From Calditrichia bacterium (GTDB taxonomy: Bacteria > Calditrichota > Calditrichia > RBG-13-44-9 > J075), in contig JBOEGD010000012.1 in NCBI GenBank assembly GCA_050633245.1, positions 8,746 to 72,745 on the forward strand: a DNA stretch of 64,000 nt, read 5' to 3'. The notes below the pieces were generated by a model. That model was not told the DNA's origin. It did no database searches and saw only the letters and a list, made by a program, of their open reading frames with translations. Positions 18,332 to 28,200 of the stretch are shown piece by piece. The position numbers and the translations under genes were made by a program. The first letter of the stretch is position 1. Each line of letters begins with the position of its first letter.

Positions 18332-20449
18332 CTATCGAAGTAATAGCATACGACGGCTAAGCTGATTTTTACCGGATCTCAGTCGATACAAATAGATACC
18401 ACTTGAAACTGTTTTCCCCGCAGTATTGCGTCCATCCCAAGAAACCTGATAGCTACCAGCTGGCTGGACCCCACTGGATAATTGTGCCACCTTTTGTCCG
18501 AGCAATGAGTAGACTGCCAAGTCGACGTCTTCTGTTCGCAACAGGCGATAGCTAATTTGCGTTGTTGGGTTAAATGGGTTGGGATAATTCTGAAGCAGCT
18601 GCATCGTTTCAGACACCTGTTCAGAACCGGACGGGCCGATTGGCAGGGAGCTATTCTCCCATTTAAGAATTTGCCCGGCACTTCCACAGAACCAGCCAAG
18701 GTCGTCATTTAGGAAAAAAAGGTATGAGTTCACACTCCCCGGAGGCTGCTTTTCCGCCCAGCTTAAGCCGCCGTCCATGGAATGATAAACGCTATAAAAA
18801 ATGCCCTGCGCAGTCGTCGTCGATGCAATTCCCCATAGCGACGTTGCGCTAACGGCTGAAAGACGGGCTAATTGTGGCGTATTCGCATTGCTCAACAAGT
18901 TCCAGGTTTGCCCACCGTCCGTAGTCCCCTGAAGCTGTGCGCCAAGTACCCAACCGTTAGTGGCATCAAAAAACTCGAGTTCCGACATGCTCCCTGTAAC
19001 TGGCGTATTCACAGAATTCCATGTCTGACCAGCATCGATGCTTTTTTCAAGTCCCAGATTTCCAACCATCCAGCCGGTATTGGCGTCAGTAAAAACCAGA
19101 TCATTACCAAAAAATGAACCACCGGAAATATTGTAGTACGTCCAAGTGGCACCGCCATCAGTGGTGTAGAGAATATCACGAGTGGCATCCATTGCCCAGC
19201 CCGTAGTAGCGTCAATAAAAGAGATATGTCTATAAGGTGCCAACCCTGCCGAAAAGCTTGATGTTTGCCAGGTTGCGCCGCCATCACTGGTGCGACGAAT
19301 TATCCCGGACTGCGATTCGACAAAGATACCTGTTTGCGAATCGAAGACTTGAAACGTGCTGATTGCACTTCCACTGCTATCCGACAATAGCCAGGTATTC
19401 CCACCGTCATTCGTTTTATATATCTCGCCACCGGCAACTGCCCAGCCATTTGAGGCGTCTAAAAACTGCACTTTGCCAATATTTGAACGCGTTATCGCAC
19501 TCCCCTGCTCAACCCAGGTTTCTCCAGCATCCGCAGAGAATAACACAACTCCTCCGCTTCCAACTGCCCAAGCCAACTCATTTTGCCCAAAACGGACGTC
19601 CAATAGCGAAATCGTCGCGTCGCTGTATTTCTGTTCCCAGTTTGCTCCGCCGTCAGATGTACGAAGCACGGTCCCCAGCGCACCCACCGCAATACCAATA
19701 TTCTGGTCTTTGAAATCGACCGCGAATAGATTATCCGTCACGCCACTACTTTGCGCACTCCACGTTACGCCGCCATCGGATGTCTTATGAATACTGCCAA
19801 AACCGCCAACCGCCCAACCAACCGATGAGTTGGCAAAGGAAAGATCATTGGGTGAACCTACGCCGGGTGCAATGGCCGATGACCAGCTACTTCCACCATC
19901 TGTAGTGTAAATAATGGAGCTGGAAAAACCGCAAGCCCAACCAGAATCTGCTGTAGTAAACTGAATAGAGGAAAGGCTGCCACTAAACCCCGTCGGCATT
20001 ATACTCCACGTCGCTCCGCCATCAGAGCTTTTGTAAATGTCCGAACTTTCGGTGCTTCCCATATAGCCCACAGATGCATCCACAAAGCAAAGCGCAGAAA
20101 AGCTGTTTAGCGTGTCGACAAAGCTGCTGCTCCAGGTTGCGCCCCCGTCGATGCTCTTATAAATATTTTCTGAATCTCCAACCAGCCAACCGGTGTTAGA
20201 ATCAATGAACTGGAGAGCATTCAGAGAACGAAGGCCATTAAAGTAATGCTCAACCTGCCAGGCCGAACCACCGTCATCGCTTTGCTGAATTGTGCCGCTA
20301 AGCCCCACGGCAACGATACGGTTTTGATCGATGGAACAGACATTATTGAGCGCGTTGCCCTGCGGCAGCGGATTTTGCCACTCCCACTGTGCGAATAAAA
20401 AGTTGATGAAGAATATGTGAAGAAAAAGAATCTGCGAGATGCTCTTCAT
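18332..20449 (-). CDS. BNR/Ycf48-like repeat propeller protein with T9SS C-terminal domain
   Basis: About 13 'S.DGG.(T/S)W' motifs. C-terminus 'LQNYPNPFNPTTQISYRL…GIYLYRLRS…RRMLLLR'. Start set at MKSISQ (signal peptide), preceded by AGGAGG SD; the longest ORF extends to 20491. Confidence 0.8.
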   Translation of the reverse strand: MKSISQILFLHIFFINFLFAQWEWQNPLPQGNALNNVCSIDQNRIVAVGLSGTIQQSDDGGSAWQVEHYFNGLRSLNALQFIDSNTGWLVGDSENIYKSIDGGATWSSSFVDTLNSFSALCFVDASVGYMGSTESSDIYKSSDGGATWSIMPTGFSGSLSSIQFTTADSGWACGFSSSIIYTTDGGSSWSSAIAPGVGSPNDLSFANSSVGWAVGGFGSIHKTSDGGVTWSAQSSGVTDNLFAVDFKDQNIGIAVGALGTVLRTSDGGANWEQKYSDATISLLDVRFGQNELAWAVGSGGVVLFSADAGETWVEQGSAITRSNIGKVQFLDASNGWAVAGGEIYKTNDGGNTWLLSDSSGSAISTFQVFDSQTGIFVESQSGIIRRTSDGGATWQTSSFSAGLAPYRHISFIDATTGWAMDATRDILYTTDGGATWTYYNISGGSFFGNDLVFTDANTGWMVGNLGLEKSIDAGQTWNSVNTPVTGSMSELEFFDATNGWVLGAQLQGTTDGGQTWNLLSNANTPQLARLSAVSATSLWGIASTTTAQGIFYSVYHSMDGGLSWAEKQPPGSVNSYLFFLNDDLGWFCGSAGQILKWENSSLPIGPSGSEQVSETMQLLQNYPNPFNPTTQISYRLLRTEDVDLAVYSLLGQKVAQLSSGVQPAGSYQVSWDGRNTAGKTVSSGIYLYRLRSGKNQLSRRMLLLR

Positions 20450-20619
20450 GTGGCCTCCTGTTTTAAAGCATACAGGAGGAAAACTAAACAAAACATGGGC
20501 ATTGCGTCTAACAGTCTACGGACATCGTTTGACACCTTAGAGACACATTCCATGATTTTATCCGGTAGCTTCTCAATCGAGAAAAATTCCGTTGAATTTC
20601 AACCTCAGACCATTCATAT

Positions 20620-21639
20620 TTGTATTCTATGGGACAAATAACCACGCTTTTCGTACATAAAGTTCTGGGTGAAGTAAATAGATCTGCCAACAAAGCAGAG
20701 CTTCTGCGCTCTATAGACATCGAGCCAAACAGTCCGGTCGACCCGAAACAAATGATTTCGGACGCACAGTATTATGATTTCCTGGAACGTGCAGCAATTG
20801 CCGACGGTGATGGCACAACGCTACCGCTTCGCGTTGGTGCAACCATGCGCTGCGACGATTACGGAGCTTTGGGACTTGCCATGAAATCCGCGCTGAACCT
20901 GCAGGGTTCATATGAACGCGCGGAGCGCTATGCTCTCGTTCTAACCAGCGTTGCAGCATATCAGGTAGAGATTTCCGGTGAGGGGGCATTTATGCATCTG
21001 CATCGTGAAGGAGAGCGACGTCTGGGCATGCGCCTATCTAATGAAGCTAGCATTGCCAGCATCGCTGCAATCAGTCGTGAGGTTACCACCAAGCCGTTTA
21101 ATTCCGTCGCAGTGTATTTCAAACATATGGCACCGAGTGATATATCAGCCCATGAATCATATTTTGATTGTCCTGTTCATTTCAACTCCGACAAGGATGC
21201 CCTCTATCTCTCGAAAGACACCTTGTTAGTCCCCAATAAACTGGGAGATAGCGGCGTCTCGAAATTCTTTGAGACCCATCTCGATTCTGAGCTTTCCAAA
21301 CTGAGTGATGAAGGTGCCCTGGATAAGCAAGTGCGAATGCAAATTTCACAATCTCTTAGCGAGGGCATTCCCAGGGTTTCTGATGTTGCCAGCCAACTCG
21401 GCATGAGCGCGCGGACCCTGCAACGTCGATTGGCAGACCATGGCTATACTTATCAAATCCTGGTAGATGAATCCCGGCGGGAGCTTGCAAAGCGTTTATT
21501 GTCGCAAACTGATTTTTCTCTGGTAGAAGTCGCCTTCATGACCGGGTTCTCGGAGCAGAGTGCATTCAATCGTGCCTTCAAACGCTGGGCCGGGCAAACA
21601 CCGCGCTCCTACCGAATTTTCTCGCAACCTCCAAAATAA
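20620..21639 (+). CDS. AraC-family transcriptional regulator (AraC-binding-like N-domain plus HTH_AraC)
   Basis: C-terminal double HTH 'SDVASQLGMSARTLQRRLADHGYTYQILVDESRRELAKRLL…VAFMTGFSEQSAFNRAFKRWAGQTPRSYR'. Confidence 0.85.
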   Translation: MYSMGQITTLFVHKVLGEVNRSANKAELLRSIDIEPNSPVDPKQMISDAQYYDFLERAAIADGDGTTLPLRVGATMRCDDYGALGLAMKSALNLQGSYERAERYALVLTSVAAYQVEISGEGAFMHLHREGERRLGMRLSNEASIASIAAISREVTTKPFNSVAVYFKHMAPSDISAHESYFDCPVHFNSDKDALYLSKDTLLVPNKLGDSGVSKFFETHLDSELSKLSDEGALDKQVRMQISQSLSEGIPRVSDVASQLGMSARTLQRRLADHGYTYQILVDESRRELAKRLLSQTDFSLVEVAFMTGFSEQSAFNRAFKRWAGQTPRSYRIFSQPPK

Positions 21640-21747
21640 AATTCACCACCTTGGCGCAATCGGTCAAAACTTTGGCATCGACCGTCAAGATTTTTGCAGA
21701 CAATTCCTATATCATATGCTTGCAACCTAAAACAAAAGGAGCAGGTA

Positions 21748-22605
21748 ATGACAAAATCATTCAATTCAAATCAACAATCAGCAGGGCTCACCCTGATTCT
21801 TGGCGGCACCGGAAAGACCGGCAGAAGAATTGCCGTCGGCCTACGCGCCAAAAACTTTCCGATACGCATCGGTTCACGTTCTGCTTCCCCGGCTTTTGAC
21901 TGGAATAATGAGGCCGGTTGGAATGACTGTCTGCAGGATGTGGAGTCAGTTTACATCAACTACGCTCCTGATCTGGCAATCCCCGGGGCCACTGATTCCA
22001 TTCAGGCTTTTGTAAATAAGGCGAAAACTGCTGGCGTTAAGCGAATGGTGCTGCTCTCCGGTCGCGGCGAAGCAGAAGCACAAGCCTGCGAAAAGATTGT
22101 GCAGGAAAGTGGTGTAGAATGGACAATCATTCGTGCCAGTTGGTTTAACCAAAACTTCTCGGAGGGTGCCTTTGTAGACATGATTCATTCAGGGCAGATT
22201 ACGCTACCGGTCGGTAACATTCCCGAACCTTTTGTAGATGTGGATGATATTGCAGATGTTGCTGTTGCGGCACTCACGGAACCCGGGCATGTTGGAGAAC
22301 TTTACGAAGTAACCGGCCCACGATTGATGACATTCAGCGACGTTGCAGCAGAACTATCAGAGGCAACCGGCCGCGAGATCAGCTTTATTCAAATACCTCA
22401 TCAGGCCTTTATCGATGGGGCAACGGCATCCGGTGCCCCCAAAGAGGTAACCTGGATGTTGGACTATCTCTTCTCAACCGTACTGGATGGTCGAAATGCC
22501 TATCTCACAGACGGCATTCAGCGAGCGCTGGGACGTGAGCCAAAAGACTTCTCGGATTATGCTAGCACCGTTGCGACTTCAGGAGCATGGAAGGCCGCGA
22601 TATGA
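21748..22605 (+). CDS. NmrA-like / atypical SDR NAD(P)-binding oxidoreductase
   Basis: Rossmann motif 'ILGGTGKTGRRIA'. Start chosen at ATG 21748, preceded by AAAGGAG; the longest ORF starts at 21694. Confidence 0.8.
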   Translation: MTKSFNSNQQSAGLTLILGGTGKTGRRIAVGLRAKNFPIRIGSRSASPAFDWNNEAGWNDCLQDVESVYINYAPDLAIPGATDSIQAFVNKAKTAGVKRMVLLSGRGEAEAQACEKIVQESGVEWTIIRASWFNQNFSEGAFVDMIHSGQITLPVGNIPEPFVDVDDIADVAVAALTEPGHVGELYEVTGPRLMTFSDVAAELSEATGREISFIQIPHQAFIDGATASGAPKEVTWMLDYLFSTVLDGRNAYLTDGIQRALGREPKDFSDYASTVATSGAWKAAI

Positions 22606-23012
22606 AAAATTCCATCGTACGAAGTTTACTGGCGGTCTCGGGATTAATCGCGCTGGGAATCGGTTTTACCATTCTTTTTCAGCCGCATGCTCTATTTGCA
22701 TCTAATGGCATCGCGCTCGGAGACGATCCAAATCTTCTATCGGAGGTTCGGGCACCAGGCGGGCTGCTAATTGGCTGCGGCATTGCGATACTGCTCAGCA
22801 CTTTCAGATACCGCAACCTGCACTTCGCCTTAATGCTATCTGCAACGGCATACGGATTATTTGGTATGTCGCGGCTGATAAGTATGTTACTGGATGGGGT
22901 ACCATCTTCTCCTTTAATTGCGGCAACGGTGGTCGAGCTACTAATTGGCGGGGTCTGCTTGCTCGCTATACATTATTTTAACCAAAACGAAACCATATCG
23001 GTAAGCGCTTAG
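22602..23012 (+). CDS. Small 4-TM membrane protein (DUF4345-like)
   Basis: Four hydrophobic helices. Its start ATG overlaps the upstream stop (ATGA, 22602-22605), indicating coupling. Confidence 0.55.
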   Translation: MKNSIVRSLLAVSGLIALGIGFTILFQPHALFASNGIALGDDPNLLSEVRAPGGLLIGCGIAILLSTFRYRNLHFALMLSATAYGLFGMSRLISMLLDGVPSSPLIAATVVELLIGGVCLLAIHYFNQNETISVSA

Positions 23013-23052
23013 GCGCTAACCGATACGTAATTAAGTCTCAAAAGGACACCTC

Positions 23053-23547
23053 ATGGATCTGTTTCAAATTGCCCTTGCTTTATCAACTTTGCTGTGTTCG
23101 TTAGTTGCAGGATTTCTATTTGCTTTCGTAATCGTGGCTATGCCGGGAATAGGCGCATTAAATGACCACGACTTTCTACAGGCCTTCAAAGTGATGGATC
23201 GCGTAATTCAAAATAATCAGCCGATCTTCATATTGGTTTGGGCTGGCTCGGTGATCCTGTTGGCAATTACAGCGGTGCTCTCTATTTGGCACTTGGAAGG
23301 CGTAAACCGTCTGCTGATAATCGGCGCTGCAGCGATCTATTTCTTCGCAGTACAATTGCCGACCGTTATTGTTAATGTGCCGTTAAACAACCAGCTGCAG
23401 GCACAGAGTCTTTCATCAATGAACGAATCGGAACTACAGGTGGCAAGAAAACAGTTTGAACCTCGTTGGGTGCGCTGGAATGCTATTCGAACAATCTTTG
23501 CGATAGTAACATCCACGCTGCTAATCATTCTGTTAATAAGACTGTAA
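23053..23547 (+). CDS. DUF1772-family membrane protein (anthrone-oxygenase-like)
   Basis: 'ALSTLLCSLVAGFLFAFVIVAMPGI…' N-terminus and 4-TM layout are typical of DUF1772. Confidence 0.65.
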   Translation: MDLFQIALALSTLLCSLVAGFLFAFVIVAMPGIGALNDHDFLQAFKVMDRVIQNNQPIFILVWAGSVILLAITAVLSIWHLEGVNRLLIIGAAAIYFFAVQLPTVIVNVPLNNQLQAQSLSSMNESELQVARKQFEPRWVRWNAIRTIFAIVTSTLLIILLIRL

Positions 23548-23668
23548 GTGTTATGATCTAAACACTTTTTTTATTACCATGTTCTAGTAACACATTTTTT
23601 GATCTTCTAATACTCGCCAGCAAATCGACACCCGATAAACCAGCCGTCCCTTTTCCGGAGCAACATAT

Positions 23669-25348
23669 ATGAATGCTATGTACAGAATATTACTCTTTGG
23701 AATAATCCTGAGTTTTCTGTTGATGTCTGGTTGTGCCCACACGGCCAAGAAAAGCCAGGCTCCCTCTCTAACATGGGCTGAGCAAGATCTGGGCAGTTTT
23801 CCATATCATCCGCTCGTTTATCATCTGGACCTCTCCATCCTAACCTATCAATTATATAGCCAATCGCTGGTCTGGCCATTCGATCCATACTACGAGGAGA
23901 TGAAAAAAGATCGCAGCGAGTTCATCAAGAAAGTCAAAGCCTGGGCAAAACAAAAAGGTTCTGAGCAAGATGACAAAGCACCAGTTCTGGATTCCTATCG
24001 CGGTCCCGGCGTACTAAACGGGTTTGAGAATAACGCACGGCACGATCCGATTCTCTATAACTATGCACGCATCCATCCGTGGGGCAGCAGTATTACAAAT
24101 GCGCTGGGGCGATGGACAGAGTACTTGACGCCAACAGAGCTTACAGGAAAGATTAAAGACGTATACGTTTCCTATAGAAAAGCCGGCAGCTTAATGGGAA
24201 CGCTTTCTCTCGACCGCATTGTCCCGAAACGCAACGATAGTACGCCTGATGCCAAAGACGTTCTACTGGCCTTCGAAGGTGGAACCGGCGATAAAGGCGA
24301 AGTAAACCAGCCAGCATCACAAAGCCTTATGGGATTCGTACTGCTGCGAACAAAGCCGAACGAGCATTACGATATTCACATTGCCTTTCGTGGCAGCAGG
24401 AGTGGTTCCGGAGCCAGAGCAATGCGTCAGGCATTTAGTGACGACAATGCGGGCGGCAACCCCGATTGGATTACGGACATGGGTTACGATCGAGTTGTTC
24501 CCGGCGAAGGCGCAGAACATGTAACAACCATCAGTGCCGTTAGCCGAGGTATGGCGCGTAGCATCAAGTCCATTCTTCCGCAGGTGTTTAACTGTCTTAA
24601 AAAAGTTGCCGACATCAGGCAAGGTGCTAAACCAGACAATATTTATGTTACCGGACATAGCCTTGGAGGCGCCCTCGGACAGCATTTTGTCAGCGCCATC
24701 CTATTGGGGAATCTATATGGCCCAAAGGCCTCAGGGGATGCAATGCCTGCAACTCTGACCAGCTGGCCGTGGCAACAAATTAAGCTTATTACTTATAGCG
24801 CACCGCGTGTTGGTGATGAGGAGTGGGCAAAATTATTAACCGAAACCGGGCTGGAATCCGAGTTCTTTTCCAGTCGGTTTAACCCCATTGATGGCAATGC
24901 AGCTGACCCGGATGACCCGACAATTGTATCACGTCTACTCGATGACAGCCGCCCCGTTGGATACCGGGTTTTGATCTCTGATGACCCGCTCACCAGCGAA
25001 AAAGTTCCGGGTGGCGGCAAGCACGTAGGCAAAACGGTTTATGTGAACAAGCCCTCTATTCGAGAGTCTTTTCTGCCACCCGACCTTAGCGCTCACGAGC
25101 CCGAGAATGTTCGGCAATACCTCGTCGATAGCTTTGCCGATCCGCGAACGCCTGCCGCCGCCTGGGGCTATATAAAAATGGATGATATGGTTCCGGATTA
25201 CGGCAGTGCAGAAAAAGGCAGCGTTGCCGGATTAATCAGGCTTGCCAACGCGGTTAAAAAATACTATGCAGATAAGGACATTTGGTTTGACACAGAGGCA
25301 TTTGACCGAGACCTCGCAATTCGATTCTCGATATATAGAGGTGAATAG
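23669..25348 (+). CDS. Class-3 (fungal-type) lipase-domain lipoprotein
   Basis: Lipobox 'LLMSGC'. Nucleophile elbow 'VTGHSLGGALGQHF' (GHSLGG) of the Lipase_3 family. Confidence 0.75.
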   Translation: MNAMYRILLFGIILSFLLMSGCAHTAKKSQAPSLTWAEQDLGSFPYHPLVYHLDLSILTYQLYSQSLVWPFDPYYEEMKKDRSEFIKKVKAWAKQKGSEQDDKAPVLDSYRGPGVLNGFENNARHDPILYNYARIHPWGSSITNALGRWTEYLTPTELTGKIKDVYVSYRKAGSLMGTLSLDRIVPKRNDSTPDAKDVLLAFEGGTGDKGEVNQPASQSLMGFVLLRTKPNEHYDIHIAFRGSRSGSGARAMRQAFSDDNAGGNPDWITDMGYDRVVPGEGAEHVTTISAVSRGMARSIKSILPQVFNCLKKVADIRQGAKPDNIYVTGHSLGGALGQHFVSAILLGNLYGPKASGDAMPATLTSWPWQQIKLITYSAPRVGDEEWAKLLTETGLESEFFSSRFNPIDGNAADPDDPTIVSRLLDDSRPVGYRVLISDDPLTSEKVPGGGKHVGKTVYVNKPSIRESFLPPDLSAHEPENVRQYLVDSFADPRTPAAAWGYIKMDDMVPDYGSAEKGSVAGLIRLANAVKKYYADKDIWFDTEAFDRDLAIRFSIYRGE

Positions 25349-25673
25349 GATCAAAGGATGCGAACAGATATTGAAAATTTCCAGCGACTGGCAACAAAAT
25401 AGTGTGCTGGTGCCTCGATTCCGATCGGCGCGATAAAAATTGACCCCGTTCTCTAAAAAGGCATATTACTAAATTAATCTTGTGCTAATCTGTAAGTTTT
25501 TATCACGTCTTGCGGAGGTAGAAAAACGGTTGACACATTCATAGCCCTTCTTGTAGATTAAAGAAAATTAGTCCCAACAACCTATTTTATATCATTCGTC
25601 CATTCAGCTTGCCAGTCATTAACAAGCCTGAGTTTTGTAATGCGCTGAATATTCAGAAACCGAAGGAATTCCT

Positions 25674-27926
25674 ATGAAGATCAAGGCAAAACTACTTATC
25701 ATGCTGGTTTTGGGAGCTTTGCTCATTCCGGCATTTGCCACAGCACAAACAAAAGGAAACACCCTAACGCTCGAAGGACTTTACAAAGACAATGAATTCC
25801 GCTTAAATCGCTTTGGACCGGCCCGGTGGCTGGAAGATGGCTCCGGTTACACCACGCTTGAAAAGGCAGAGCAATTCCCCAAGGCCAGAGAAATTATTAA
25901 ATACAGTCCGAAATCCGGTAAGCGATCTATTTTGGTCAATGCAAGTAAATTGGTTCCGGCAGATGCTGAAAGCCCACTACCAATCTCTAACTATCACTGG
26001 TCGGCTGATGGCAAGATGCTGTTGATCTTCACAAATACCGTAAAGGTCTGGCGATATGAAACCAGAGGGGATTACTGGCTTTTAAACCTCTCTTCGGGTA
26101 AGCTCTCTCAGCTGGGGAAATTTGCAAAACCATCGACAATGATGTTCGCTAAGTTCTCGCCCGATGGCAAGAGCGTCGGCTATGTCGTTGAGAATAATAT
26201 TTATGTGGAAGATCTGAAGAGCGCCAGGGTCACTCAGCTAACGAAAGACGGTTCAACTCGTTTTATTAATGGTACATTTGACTGGGTTTATGAGGAAGAA
26301 CTCTCCTGTCGCGATGGATTCCGCTGGAGTCCCGATAGCAAAACCATTGCCTATTGGCATTCAGACACTGAAGGAACCGGCGTATTTTATCTGATCAACA
26401 ATCTTGATTCGATATATTCTCAGCCCATTCCATTTCCATATCCCAAAGTCGGCACAGCAAACTCTGCGGTTAAGGTTGGCGTTGTAGCCGCTACCGGTGG
26501 CGATACCCGCTGGTTTGATATTCCGGGAGATCCGAGAAATAACTATTTGGCAAGAATGGAATTCATCCCAAAGTCTAATGAGTTGATGATTCAGCAGCTA
26601 AACCGACTCCAGAATACCAATACGGTTTGGATAGCAGACATCAAGTCTATGAAGATAGACAATATTTTAACCGATAAAGACGATGCCTGGCTGGATATCC
26701 ACGATAACATTCAGTGGCTCGACAACGAGAAGTCTTTTACCTGGACCAGCGAAAAAGACGGCTGGATGCATTTATACAAGGTATCCAGGGACGGCAAAAA
26801 GATGGAGTTGATCACCAAGGGCGACTTTGACGTGGTGCGAATCAATAACATCGATGAAAGAAGCGGCTATGTGTACTATATCGCCTCGCCAACTAACTTT
26901 ACACAGCGCTATCTGTATCGCAGCCGTATTGACGGCAAGGGAAAAGCTGAGCGCATTAGCCCGAAAAACAAAACCGGGCAATTTTCCTATCAGATGTCAG
27001 CCAACTCAAAATGGGCTATTGCTACATACAATAATGCCGAGACGCCGCACAGGATTTCCGTTGTCAGCCTTCCCAGGCACAAGGAAGTAAAGCTGCTTGA
27101 AGGAAATTCTGAACTTAAGGCGAAGTACGATGCCCTGAACTTAAATCCAAAAGAGTTTCTAAAGGTAGATATCGGTGAGGTTGTTTTCGACGCGTGGATG
27201 ATAAAGCCGGCAGGGTTCGATGCCTCCAAAAAATATCCGATAATCTTCTTTGTTTATGGCGAACCGGCCGGCTCAACCGTTCAGGATCGCTGGACGAGCA
27301 GGGCATTGTGGCATCAGTATTTAGCGCAGCAGGGCTACATTGTAATGAGCGTAGACAATCGCGGCACCAAGGTTCCGCGCGGTCGCGACTGGCGCAAGTC
27401 GATTTACCGGCAGGTCGGCATATTGGCGGCTCACGACCAGGCGAAAGCGGCTCGCAAGATCTTCGAGCAATATCCATTTATCGATACTGATCGTGTCGGC
27501 ATGTGGGGCTGGAGCGGTGGTGGCCAGATGACCATGAACTGCATGTTCCGCTACCCTGAGATTTACAAAACCGGCGTTGCACTGGCCTTTGTTGCCGACC
27601 AGCGCCTATACGACACCATCTACCAGGAGCGCTACATGGGCCTGCCTGACGATAACGCAGCTGGTTATCACGATGGCTCACCGATAAACCACGCCCATAA
27701 GCTGGACGGCAATCTGATGATCATTCATGGTACTGCCGATGACAATGTGCATTATCAGAGTTTCGAAATGCTGGTGGATAGATTAATCAAGCACGATAAA
27801 CTCTTCAGCATGATGTCTTATCCAATGCGTTCGCACAGTATCCGGGAACGAGAGAATACCTCGCTACACTTGCGCCGCGTAATAGATGACTATTGGAAGA
27901 AAAATTTGCCAACAGGCAGCAGATAG
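25674..27926 (+). CDS. Dipeptidyl-peptidase IV-type S9B serine peptidase (DPP-IV N-terminal propeller plus prolyl-oligopeptidase catalytic domain)
   Basis: Signal peptide. DPPIV_N-like propeller. Catalytic 'GMWGWSGGGQM' (GxSxG) followed by Asp and His regions (…IIHGTADDNVHYQ…). Confidence 0.9.
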   Translation: MKIKAKLLIMLVLGALLIPAFATAQTKGNTLTLEGLYKDNEFRLNRFGPARWLEDGSGYTTLEKAEQFPKAREIIKYSPKSGKRSILVNASKLVPADAESPLPISNYHWSADGKMLLIFTNTVKVWRYETRGDYWLLNLSSGKLSQLGKFAKPSTMMFAKFSPDGKSVGYVVENNIYVEDLKSARVTQLTKDGSTRFINGTFDWVYEEELSCRDGFRWSPDSKTIAYWHSDTEGTGVFYLINNLDSIYSQPIPFPYPKVGTANSAVKVGVVAATGGDTRWFDIPGDPRNNYLARMEFIPKSNELMIQQLNRLQNTNTVWIADIKSMKIDNILTDKDDAWLDIHDNIQWLDNEKSFTWTSEKDGWMHLYKVSRDGKKMELITKGDFDVVRINNIDERSGYVYYIASPTNFTQRYLYRSRIDGKGKAERISPKNKTGQFSYQMSANSKWAIATYNNAETPHRISVVSLPRHKEVKLLEGNSELKAKYDALNLNPKEFLKVDIGEVVFDAWMIKPAGFDASKKYPIIFFVYGEPAGSTVQDRWTSRALWHQYLAQQGYIVMSVDNRGTKVPRGRDWRKSIYRQVGILAAHDQAKAARKIFEQYPFIDTDRVGMWGWSGGGQMTMNCMFRYPEIYKTGVALAFVADQRLYDTIYQERYMGLPDDNAAGYHDGSPINHAHKLDGNLMIIHGTADDNVHYQSFEMLVDRLIKHDKLFSMMSYPMRSHSIRERENTSLHLRRVIDDYWKKNLPTGSR

Positions 27927-27979
27927 TCTTTGCTACACGGTAAGAGATGCTCCCATTGAAAGGTTCGTTCAATGTCACA

Positions 27980-28017
27980 AAGGGATTGGGTTATCCTCCC
28001 GGATAACCCAATCCCTT
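27980..28017 (+). terminator. Perfect 17-bp-stem hairpin (candidate terminator or palindromic operator) downstream of the DPP-IV gene
   Basis: AAGGGATTGGGTTATCC – tccc – GGATAACCCAATCCCTT. No clean U-tract follows (ATCTACTC), so the terminator call is tentative. It shares its GGTTATCC/GGATAACC core with the hairpin at 54835-54862. Confidence 0.45.
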
Positions 28018-28200
28018 ATCTACTCAATGAGTTGCCGAAACTCCATTGAACGATTAACGACCTTCCCCATCAAAATTTTTAATCCAACAGGCATTTGAGA
28101 GTTGTATGGAAACCAGAAAATCATTATCGTAGTATAAGACATTCTAATATCTGCCTACAGTTAATGTCCAATCATGCTGCTTCTTTAGAAAGGTGCTGTT

